NCBI GenBank assembly: GCA_018655015.1
Contig: JABIKK010000009.1
Span: 751 to 64,750 of the forward strand
DNA: 64,000 nucleotides
Direction: 5' to 3'
Source: Candidatus Woesearchaeota archaeon
GTDB taxonomy: Archaea; Nanobdellota; Nanobdellia; SCGC-AAA011-G17; UBA489
The translations under genes were made by a program, and so were the position numbers. The notes below the pieces were generated by a model. It did not search any database. It was not told the origin of the DNA and worked only from the letters and a program-made list of their open reading frames with translations. Of this stretch, positions 50,272-58,201 are shown piece by piece; positions within the stretch are counted from its first letter, which is position 1; each line of letters opens with the position of its first letter.

Positions 50272-51048
50272 CTAACAATGTGGCCCTGTAGAATTGCCCA
50301 TGTAGTTGTTGTCTCGGCCATTCACACAATAATTGTTGTTTAGTTCATCCCAAACATTAGATACATCCCAAACCTCATTTAACCATATATTATTTGGACC
50401 TTTCCAAGTGTTAACAATATTGAAACCGAGATTATTTCCGCTAAAAAGATTTTTAGTTATGTTTATTCCTCCAACATCATCTGTTTCTAACCCTCTTGTG
50501 TTATTTATTACTCTGTTAAATGCAAAAGTATTATTTTCAGTTTGTTCGAATCTGATACCATTACTGTTGTTAGTCAAATTATTATATAAAAAGTAATTAT
50601 TGCTGCTTTGTAATGCTGCATAAATTCCATAATAACTGTCGTAAAGAGAATTATTTATCACTGTATTGTTTTTAGGCCATAAAAGATATAATGCTATATT
50701 GTAATTAGTTATTGTACAATCTTTAATTACTATGTTTTCACTTACATAAGATTCTATCCCTTTAACCCCATGAGTATAATTATTATGTGGGCCCACTAAT
50801 TTTGCACCATTGCAGTCAAAAGTCATATTTTCCCCGCGATGAATTTTTAATCCATTAGGCAAATAGTATGTTCCGGAACAAAGAATAGTATCTTCAGAAA
50901 ACACTTGACCATCTTGAGGTACAACACACTTAGGGGAAGGACTAATTATTTGTGAGTTACCTGCAGGAGTTATAGAAACTGTTTGAGCTAAAACAGATAT
51001 ACTAAATGCTATTAAAAATACTGATATAATAAATATTGATTTTTTCAT
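50272..51048 (-). CDS. Secreted parallel beta-helix (NosD/CASH-like) protein
   Basis: Signal peptide; DCNGAKL; repeated NN....N.....GI turns. Confidence 0.85.
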   Translation of the reverse strand: MKKSIFIISVFLIAFSISVLAQTVSITPAGNSQIISPSPKCVVPQDGQVFSEDTILCSGTYYLPNGLKIHRGENMTFDCNGAKLVGPHNNYTHGVKGIESYVSENIVIKDCTITNYNIALYLLWPKNNTVINNSLYDSYYGIYAALQSSNNYFLYNNLTNNSNGIRFEQTENNTFAFNRVINNTRGLETDDVGGINITKNLFSGNNLGFNIVNTWKGPNNIWLNEVWDVSNVWDELNNNYCVNGRDNNYMGNSTGPHC

Positions 51049-51117
51049 GTTCCTAACCTATAGTCTAGAGTATATAAGTTTTTCTAGGAAACAGCTAAAT
51101 CAGGAAAATTTAATTAT

Positions 51118-51513
51118 TTAGGATACCATTCCTTCAAGATTACATGTCTCTATTAGCCATGTTCTGCAAGGATTTGCACAAAATTTAGCTAGGTTGTTAT
51201 AGGTCTCCTCATCCCAATTTTCTGGAATTAGGCAGTCAAGATATTCCATTTTTGGACACACAAAATATTCTGCAAAACATTCTTGTGTAGTCCAAGTTGC
51301 ATTGGGACCATAAGTTTGATTCGCCCCTTTTACCAATTTTTCATACTTTTCTGTTAAGTTTTCTACAACAACAATTTCTATTTCTTCCACTATAAGAATT
51401 GAGATATTGGTCTCGTTGATAATTGGAATTACTTCTAAGCTTGGTTCTTGATTGTTAAGGAAGATTGTTAAAATTACTACAATGCTTAAAGTTATAATTA
51501 ATGTTTTTTTCAT
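51118..51513 (-). CDS. Secreted protein with six-Cys domain (paralog of 43291-43776)
   Basis: WTTQECF...CP...CLIP...KFCANPCRTWLIETC. Confidence 0.7.
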   Translation of the reverse strand: MKKTLIITLSIVVILTIFLNNQEPSLEVIPIINETNISILIVEEIEIVVVENLTEKYEKLVKGANQTYGPNATWTTQECFAEYFVCPKMEYLDCLIPENWDEETYNNLAKFCANPCRTWLIETCNLEGMVS

Positions 51514-51516
51514 TTT

Positions 51517-52167
51517 TTAATCTTTAGACATAGTGTCCAATATTTTGCCACCAATTATCAACAATACAAAGAATACTGTAAAGAACCCTATCGCTCCAGC
51601 AACCATTGAATTGTCAGCAAATGCCTTTTCGTAAACTGTGGTTGCCCAGTAAGTAATTCCTACAATCGCACTGAATTTGGCAGAAATTTTCATTCTTTTT
51701 TTTGAGAATGTTTTTTTTAGCCAGTTATTTTCTAACTCTAAGTCTTTAATTGTGATTTTTTGTGATTTTTTTACTAAATCTGTTTCTTTTTTGAAACAAT
51801 TAATTACCTCTCCATATAGTAAATTATTTACCTCCCCTTTTATCAAACAATCTTTTAGTCTGTAACATTTTTTTAATGCCTTCATTTTCCTTTCTGCATG
51901 ACTGTCAGAATATAGATTAATACTTGCGAGTGATATAAGCACCAAAATTACTCCAATAATCATTGAAAGTTTGGAATAAGGAAAGTCTTTCTTAACATAA
52001 TCTATCATTAAATAAAGCATATTAAAACAAATTAAAACCATAAATAATGCAAATGGGATAACCTTTCCAGAAATATTGCTCCAAGAATGTTTGTGAGAAG
52101 TTTCATAGTAACAGATTATGTTATCTATGATTTTCAATTTTTTGCTAATTATATTTGCACTATCCAT
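51517..52167 (-). CDS. Hypothetical membrane protein (two TM pairs)
   Basis: Two pairs of hydrophobic helices separated by a charged linker. Confidence 0.6.
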   Translation of the reverse strand: MDSANIISKKLKIIDNIICYYETSHKHSWSNISGKVIPFALFMVLICFNMLYLMIDYVKKDFPYSKLSMIIGVILVLISLASINLYSDSHAERKMKALKKCYRLKDCLIKGEVNNLLYGEVINCFKKETDLVKKSQKITIKDLELENNWLKKTFSKKRMKISAKFSAIVGITYWATTVYEKAFADNSMVAGAIGFFTVFFVLLIIGGKILDTMSKD

Positions 52168-52191
52168 GGGAAATATTAAATTTATAAGTTA

Positions 52192-53463
52192 TTAACTCTT
52201 CCTAAACTCGTCCATAATGTCAATAAAGCTCTTTTCTGGGTGCTTCACGGCATAAGAGAATACTTCCATGATTTCTTTTTCAGCAGCCCTGTTACTCTTT
52301 ATTACTTCTCTATCAGTCAATCTATTACAATGGATACATATTTTTTCAGAGAACCCAATTGTTTTTCCGCAGATACATGTTTTTGTAGAAGGTGATAAAT
52401 CCTCGAACTCTTTTTTATCTATCATGCCCCTTTTAGCAAGTTCTCTTTTGAAAGTATCTTCTGCCCCAGACATATCATAAGTTTGTAATTGTTTTGTTGA
52501 AGTCCAACCTGCTCTATGTTGAATGTCTACATCAGAATCACCTCTCAGTCTACTAAACGTTACACCATTTCTTTTTAGCGAATATGGAGTTATTTTTTTA
52601 TCAATGTTTAATTTTTTACAAGCCAACTTTAATTTTTTATTCATGTTGTCAGGAGTTATTGGCCTATCCTTGCTTCCATTGGAAAAAAATAGGTATGCAT
52701 CTTTATCTCCTTTGAAAGGATGTTTTGAATACCACTTAATGAAATAAGGGAATGAATCTATACACTGTAAAAACTTAACTCCTTCCTTGCCATGCGAACT
52801 AATCCAAATCTTTGCATATTCTTCATTAATTTCTACATCTGATATTTTGGTGTAGCATAACTCTTGTGGCCTTGTTAGGGATTCTACAGATAGAGTGATG
52901 TATGCTTGAATCTGAGGATTATCACTAAAGTATTCTATTATTCTTTCATACTCAAAAAGAGTTAACTTATCATTTCTTCTTACTTCCCTACTTTTGTCAA
53001 TCTTTGGAGATAAGTGCCTTACAGGATAAGGAGTAATCATTTCGTCAATTCTACCACGTTCATCCCTCTCGGGAAATAATTGTTTCCACATGAACTTAAT
53101 ATCCCTAATAAAATCAGATTTAGTCTTTGGACTTTTGTTCATTGTATGACTAAAAGCAACAATTTCATTGATATCCTCTCTTTCACAATCTTTCAAATCT
53201 TTTGTTGTTGCAAAACTTAACATCCTTAAAGTTCCAAGAAGTCTTAGTCTTCGAATATAACTTGTGTCCCTGCTATCAAAGATTTTGCCAAACTGTCTAA
53301 AATATTGCAGATTAACTTTGTTCTTACAGTAGTACTTAGCAACCTTAGATGTTAACTTTGTTAGGTCATCAATGTTCGACATGAACTTTTCGTACCGTTT
53401 TTTACTTCCGTATATGTCTTCTTCTGGCATTTTGTGCTCCCAGGACAGATATATTTTGTCCAT
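52192..53463 (-). CDS. Tyrosine recombinase/integrase with C-terminal zinc ribbon
   Basis: LTRPQEL (R), HGKEG (K), PYSLKRNG, HRAGWT, QTY (Y); CICG...CIHC. Confidence 0.9.
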   Translation of the reverse strand: MDKIYLSWEHKMPEEDIYGSKKRYEKFMSNIDDLTKLTSKVAKYYCKNKVNLQYFRQFGKIFDSRDTSYIRRLRLLGTLRMLSFATTKDLKDCEREDINEIVAFSHTMNKSPKTKSDFIRDIKFMWKQLFPERDERGRIDEMITPYPVRHLSPKIDKSREVRRNDKLTLFEYERIIEYFSDNPQIQAYITLSVESLTRPQELCYTKISDVEINEEYAKIWISSHGKEGVKFLQCIDSFPYFIKWYSKHPFKGDKDAYLFFSNGSKDRPITPDNMNKKLKLACKKLNIDKKITPYSLKRNGVTFSRLRGDSDVDIQHRAGWTSTKQLQTYDMSGAEDTFKRELAKRGMIDKKEFEDLSPSTKTCICGKTIGFSEKICIHCNRLTDREVIKSNRAAEKEIMEVFSYAVKHPEKSFIDIMDEFRKS

Positions 53464-53504
53464 TTAAACCATTTAGTGCACTGTGCATAAGAAAGAACAT
53501 AATC

Positions 53505-53539
53505 TGCGGCGGCCGAGATAAATTAGTTAGTTCTAATGC
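53505..53539. repeat. Right attachment-like site
   Basis: TGCGGCGGCCG-agataaa-TTAGTTAGTTCTAATGC, 41 nt upstream of the integrase start; minus strand ends ATCTCGGCCGCCGCA, like a tRNA 3' end. Confidence 0.85.
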
Positions 53540-53624
53540 TATGGAACCCATTCTATAAATGGCATTTGTCACACTTACCTTCTTTCCAGATAAGTTAATT
53601 TAAGTATTTAGTCAATTAAAACTT

Positions 53625-54341
53625 ATGAATTGTTTAGACAATAAATTAAATCAACTAAATGTAAAGACTAGTAAAAAAAGGTATTATAATTCAGAATATG
53701 CTAAAGTAACAATTCCTGATAAATCTTCTTTTGAGCTAGGAGAATTTGTAGGAGCATTTTCAGGAGACAGGAATTACTGTTTTAATGAAAAAACTGGACA
53801 CCATAGAATAAGAATATATCTTCATAAAAATGACGATATTGATTATGCATATATCTTAAAAAGTCTGATAAAAAAACTTTTTAATAAAACTGCTTGCACA
53901 TATTCTAAAGAAAATTGCTTAATAATTAGTATGTCAAGTAGAAAAATCTATGATGTTTTAAAATTAATCTTGTTTTTTGGAAACTATAAAACCTTGAACG
54001 TCTCATTAAATGGAGAGGTAAATGATTATGATTGTTCTTTTTTGAGAGGTTTTGTTCGGGGATTAATGGATACTGACGGATATGTTAGTACTAATGGAAA
54101 TATTTGCATAGGATTAATATCTGAACTTGCAATAAACCAATTAAGTGAAATCTTTGTAAAAGAAAATTTAATCTTTACTAGAAGTAAAAGAAAAGTTAGA
54201 GGTAAAATGAAATACCCCCTTCATATGTTAAGTATCTCTCGCAAATCTACTAAAAAATATCTTGAGATTATAGGATTTTCAAATCCAAGAAAAAGAAAAT
54301 TTGCAGTTGAAAGAAATTTAAGTGCGGTAGGAGGGATTTGA
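53625..54341 (+). CDS. Free-standing LAGLIDADG homing-endonuclease-family protein
   Basis: ELGEFVGAFSGDRN and LRGFVRGLMDTDGYV motifs; C-terminal IGFSNPRK. Confidence 0.85.
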   Translation: MNCLDNKLNQLNVKTSKKRYYNSEYAKVTIPDKSSFELGEFVGAFSGDRNYCFNEKTGHHRIRIYLHKNDDIDYAYILKSLIKKLFNKTACTYSKENCLIISMSSRKIYDVLKLILFFGNYKTLNVSLNGEVNDYDCSFLRGFVRGLMDTDGYVSTNGNICIGLISELAINQLSEIFVKENLIFTRSKRKVRGKMKYPLHMLSISRKSTKKYLEIIGFSNPRKRKFAVERNLSAVGGI

Positions 54342-54396
54342 ACCCTCATTAGAGCGTTGGCAACGCTCCGTAATAACCAGGTTATACTACTACCGC
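54323..54396 (-). tRNA. tRNA-Gly (GCC)
   Basis: GCGGTAG/CTACCGC acceptor stem, GAGCG-TTGCCAA-CGCTC anticodon arm, GAGGG-TTCAAAT-CCCTC T arm; CCA not encoded. Confidence 0.95.
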
Positions 54397-54477
54397 ATTG
54401 GTTCAATAATTTTCTAAATAGTATATAAATATTTTGTGGATGGAAATGTATATAAGTCCCTCTTAAATGGGAAAGAT

Positions 54478-54897
54478 ATGACCTATGATTTTGTTATATG
54501 TTCTGGATACTTTAATCCATTACATAAGGGACATGTTGAGTATTTACAACTAGCTAGGAAACTTGGAAAAGAATTGTGGGTTATAATGAATAATGATGAA
54601 CAAGTTAAGATTAAGGGTTCTAAGCCTTTCATGGATCTAGATGAAAGATGTGTGATTGTTAAAGAGTTGAAGTCTGTTGATAATATTTTTATTAGTGTTG
54701 ATACTGATCCAAGTGTTTGTGAATCAATTAAAGAGTTAGGTAAGAAATTAGGTGGTACGAAGTGTTTTGCTAAAGGTGGAGATAGGTTTGTTAATGAAAT
54801 ACCTGAAGCAAAGATTTGTATGGAATTAGGAATTGATATTGTTGATGGGCTTGGTAAAAAGATACAGAATAGTAGTGACTTGTTGAAGGACTATTGA
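54478..54897 (+). CDS. Cytidylyltransferase-family protein (TagD/FAD synthetase-like)
   Basis: SGYFNPLHKGH HxGH motif, KGGDR, NSS; ATG at 54478 preferred over GTG at 54436. Confidence 0.88.
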   Translation: MTYDFVICSGYFNPLHKGHVEYLQLARKLGKELWVIMNNDEQVKIKGSKPFMDLDERCVIVKELKSVDNIFISVDTDPSVCESIKELGKKLGGTKCFAKGGDRFVNEIPEAKICMELGIDIVDGLGKKIQNSSDLLKDY

Positions 54898-56507
54898 CTA
54901 GTTTCTGGATAAGTCCCCATAGTTATATGTGCTTTGAATGCTCTTAGTTGTGCTGGTTTGAATGAAGTGGGATATGCTTCATGGATTTCTTTTAGAGGTA
55001 TTCCTTCACTAAGTAAATTAATTGCATCTTCTTTTGTAATTGTTTCTATATCTCCATTTGTTTCAATTGTTTCTTCTAATGTTGGTTCTTTTGTTCCATT
55101 GGCCCTCATAGTTTGCCATGCTTTCCAAGCTGCTAAAGATTTAAGTTTTGGACCCCTATACTTTTCTCTAATTTGATCTGTTGTTAAACCATCATCTAAT
55201 TCTTCTAGTGCTTTTGCTTTTGTTAATACTGGCTTTGCTGAACTCCCGAGAAATTCTCTCTCAGCATATTCTTTTTTCAATTTACTTAACGTCTTTTTTC
55301 CTCTGAACTTTCCTGATGCCTTAACATACTTTCTGATTAACCCGCTTAATGCAGACCTATTTCTTACTCTTAGATTCTTTGGGAAACCTGTTGCTTGAGC
55401 AATATTCCTAGCAGCCTTTACTACCTCTCTTGGATGTGCAAGAAAATAAACATCGCCAACCATGGGGGCACCAGATTCAGAAATATAAGAATAGGTCCGT
55501 GCATCTATTTCCTTGAAAAATTTATACGCTTTGTTAGCCTCAGTTATTGCATTCAAAACAACCATATGCTCACTTACATCGCGTATGCTATTTCTTAAAC
55601 AAGCTCTTTGAATTGCGTTCCAAGTGATGCCTTGGAGACTATAACTTAATTTTGCACCAACTCCTTGTGAGGACATCCTAGACAATAAAAATAAATTCCT
55701 TGCGTCAAATTGTTCTTCGGAAGTTACTTCTCCGAATGCTGACTCTTCTAGTTTTCTTGCTTCTTCAATTGCAGTTTTATCTGCAAAAAAATTGAATATA
55801 TCAACTACTCCAGTCTCTAAATCTCCCGCAGCAACAGTACTTCTTAATAACAATGAATAACTTTTCTTTTTATCTTCCGAAAGATTTGATTTAGCTCTCG
55901 CACGCTGATCAAAATCATCAACTGCTTGACCATAAGAACTACTTGGTCCAAAAATTCTTTCTGTTACTTCTGGGGCATTTGTAAGGGTTACACTTGTAGG
56001 ATTGGATCTCTGATCTTCTTCGCAAATTCTAGAAAAACCAGACACACCATGGTAAATGTCTCTAGCTTGAGGATCCCTTTTAATTAAGTTCGCAACATGT
56101 AATACAAAATTATCTCTTCCTTGCTTCTTAACAAGACTAGTTAAACAATCAATCTGGTCAAAACTTAACCCACCAGTATAATCTAAACTAATGACTCCAA
56201 AATTGTGACCCCCTAATCCTGCAATATAATCATCTAAACTTTGATTAACAACTTGTATTCCTGGGCAGTTTGCTTCTATTTGTTCTGCAATTTCCGGATC
56301 TCTTTCTAAGCCAACAATATTTTCTCTTGGAATTCCTAAAGGATCATAAACTTCTGTAACTTCTGCAGCATCAATTCCTGGAAAACATAGGACTGAAATG
56401 TCTTGAGGTTTACGGAAAGTTAGTAAAGTTCTTTCTACCATTCCCCTTACTAAATCTCTTGATTTAGCTTTTGCCCAATCTCCTGCATAATGTTTTTCGG
56501 TGCTCAT
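54891..56507 (-). CDS. SAM-dependent methyltransferase-like protein with two C-terminal HTH-like repeats
   Basis: VLCFPG...IVGLERD...FGVISLDYTG Rossmann-like motifs; YSYISESGAPM; repeats ending AWKAWQTM and AFKAHITMGTY. Confidence 0.6.
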   Translation of the reverse strand: MSTEKHYAGDWAKAKSRDLVRGMVERTLLTFRKPQDISVLCFPGIDAAEVTEVYDPLGIPRENIVGLERDPEIAEQIEANCPGIQVVNQSLDDYIAGLGGHNFGVISLDYTGGLSFDQIDCLTSLVKKQGRDNFVLHVANLIKRDPQARDIYHGVSGFSRICEEDQRSNPTSVTLTNAPEVTERIFGPSSSYGQAVDDFDQRARAKSNLSEDKKKSYSLLLRSTVAAGDLETGVVDIFNFFADKTAIEEARKLEESAFGEVTSEEQFDARNLFLLSRMSSQGVGAKLSYSLQGITWNAIQRACLRNSIRDVSEHMVVLNAITEANKAYKFFKEIDARTYSYISESGAPMVGDVYFLAHPREVVKAARNIAQATGFPKNLRVRNRSALSGLIRKYVKASGKFRGKKTLSKLKKEYAEREFLGSSAKPVLTKAKALEELDDGLTTDQIREKYRGPKLKSLAAWKAWQTMRANGTKEPTLEETIETNGDIETITKEDAINLLSEGIPLKEIHEAYPTSFKPAQLRAFKAHITMGTYPETSQ

Positions 56508-56992
56508 TTTTTTAGTGGGAAAACTTCAGTTATTTCATCCCCAAGATGGTAGTCTAGTTGTCTTCCAAAAATTTCAATAGGTTTACGGCCAGGGAGAATT
56601 ATTCTTCCAGAGTTTTCATCAAAAGAAGGTTGTCTCCGTTCACGAGGAAATCCAAAAGGAGATAAAATTGCTCTCGCTATACTTTCAAAATTAGATTTAT
56701 CTGCTGGATCAAAAAATATGCCTAATGGATGATTTCCCTTTTCAAAAGAAAGTGTGAATCCTGAAACAATTCCTGAAAGAACTTCATGATCAAGATCTGT
56801 TGAGAATCTATTTCTTGAAGGATCTCTACTTGAAGGTCCATACACATCACTTTCTAAAGGGTTTATAGACCCAAGATATATTGTCTTGAAATGATTAGAA
56901 TCGTCGTACTTTTTTCTAGCCCATGTGCCATCTGGGTATTGGAGGTATTGTGAGCCCTTACTTGTTATAAACCTTAAATCTGGATGAATCAT
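56504..56992 (-). CDS. Hypothetical protein
   Basis: FITSKGSQY...DGTWARKK; ATGA overlap with the downstream gene. Confidence 0.65.
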   Translation of the reverse strand: MIHPDLRFITSKGSQYLQYPDGTWARKKYDDSNHFKTIYLGSINPLESDVYGPSSRDPSRNRFSTDLDHEVLSGIVSGFTLSFEKGNHPLGIFFDPADKSNFESIARAILSPFGFPRERRQPSFDENSGRIILPGRKPIEIFGRQLDYHLGDEITEVFPLKK

Positions 56993-57123
56993 GAAGAAAA
57001 TGGTCTAAATTGCTTTAAAAAGGTTTCTTTTTGTTACTACTTTATAGGGAGAATATATTGGGTGTGTGGAGGCAATTTATAAATCTCACACCTAAATCAC
57101 CTAAAATTTTTTAATAACTTAAT

Positions 57124-58143
57124 ATGGGTTCTAGTTGGGGAACAATTATGACTAGAAATAAATTATCTATGAATTATCCAAAATTTCTTCATATGTTGAG
57201 AGTTGTTGAAAAGGCAGTTCATGAAGGAAGGGGATTTTTTCAAGGAGATTGGAGAAGAAGATTTTTACCCCAGTGGAATTTGCCTTCATCTTTGGAATAT
57301 GAACCTCGAAGAAAAGAAGTTGCAAAACCTGAAGCAGCTGCAAGATGGATTTTTACGCGTGTTGCACTCGATAGGCTTTCTTTGTCAACCCAATTAGGAG
57401 AGTATGCAATAAATGCCTGGGAAGATGATAGCACTAGGTGGTTGTTTAATCCTGGGGAAGTTGTTGATCGTTCTATTGGTGAAGTTGAAGATGCATTAAA
57501 AGATTGTTTTAACCATGCATTACCTGTTACACCTGGCATGAGTGGAGGTGAAGGATATAGGAATAATGCGGGAGCACTTATTGGTCAATATGGTGGAGAT
57601 GTTAGAAATGTTATTAGTGGTATATCTGTTGCACAGGGAATTAATAGACTGAAAAAATTTGATGGTTGGGGGCCCGGACTTTCCAGATTGTTGATGATGG
57701 AGTTACATGATCGAAGAATTGTTTCCCCAATTAATCCAGGTGATTTAGAAAATAAAATTGATAGGCATAAGGCCGCTATACCTCTTAACACTGAATGTGT
57801 AACTGCATCTAGCGAAAATGTTCATATGAGTAGCATTTCAAAATTCTTACAGGAATCTTATAGGTTGGCCTTTGAATCTCTTGAACTTCCGCCAGAAGAT
57901 GTTGATGCTGCGATTTGGGTTATCGGCTCAAAGGGTTGTGTTAAACAGAGAATTTATCATTGTAATTCTCATTGTCCTTTGTCTCCTATTGCAAGCGGAC
58001 TTTGTGTTAGAGCTTCAAGTTTGGGGCATAGTAGTGGATCTTTTTCTTTGATTAAAAATGGAGATATAGTCGATAGTAGAAGACCCAACTCTCAAATACC
58101 CTTAGATTTTACAGGTATTCAAGGTTTAGAGTATGAAGTTTAA
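57124..58143 (+). CDS. HhH-GPD superfamily DNA glycosylase-like protein with Fe-S Cys motif
   Basis: QYGGDVRN, LKKFDGWGPGLSRL (HhH), KIDRH (catalytic Asp), DAAIWVIGSKGC...HCNSHCPL...LC. Confidence 0.7.
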   Translation: MGSSWGTIMTRNKLSMNYPKFLHMLRVVEKAVHEGRGFFQGDWRRRFLPQWNLPSSLEYEPRRKEVAKPEAAARWIFTRVALDRLSLSTQLGEYAINAWEDDSTRWLFNPGEVVDRSIGEVEDALKDCFNHALPVTPGMSGGEGYRNNAGALIGQYGGDVRNVISGISVAQGINRLKKFDGWGPGLSRLLMMELHDRRIVSPINPGDLENKIDRHKAAIPLNTECVTASSENVHMSSISKFLQESYRLAFESLELPPEDVDAAIWVIGSKGCVKQRIYHCNSHCPLSPIASGLCVRASSLGHSSGSFSLIKNGDIVDSRRPNSQIPLDFTGIQGLEYEV

Positions 58144-58201
58144 AGTTTTATGTATTTTCTAAACACAATTAATTAATAAACTTGTGAGATTCTGGAGATT
58201 T

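Larger units (their letters stand above)
41264..53539. mobile_element. Integrative element / genomic island (~12.3 kb)
   Basis: Bounded by imperfect 35-bp direct repeats; tyrosine integrase at the right end; RHH and Rep-like module; orphan cargo. Confidence 0.8.

Noticed and set aside
41264-53539. Provirus or integron
   Set aside because: No capsid, terminase or packaging genes recognised; no repeated attC-like sites between cargo genes, and gene orientations are mixed.
53505-53580. Possible full, split or intron-containing tRNA next to the integrase
   Set aside because: Only the last ~15 nt look like tRNA; there is no TTC T-loop, anticodon arm or D arm upstream, and I found no GCGGCGG 5' half in the window.
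53505-54396. LAGLIDADG as an intron-encoded ORF inside tRNA-Gly
   Set aside because: The tRNA at 54323-54396 is already complete, the ORF is antisense to it, and the 53505 fragment would not pair with its acceptor and T stems.
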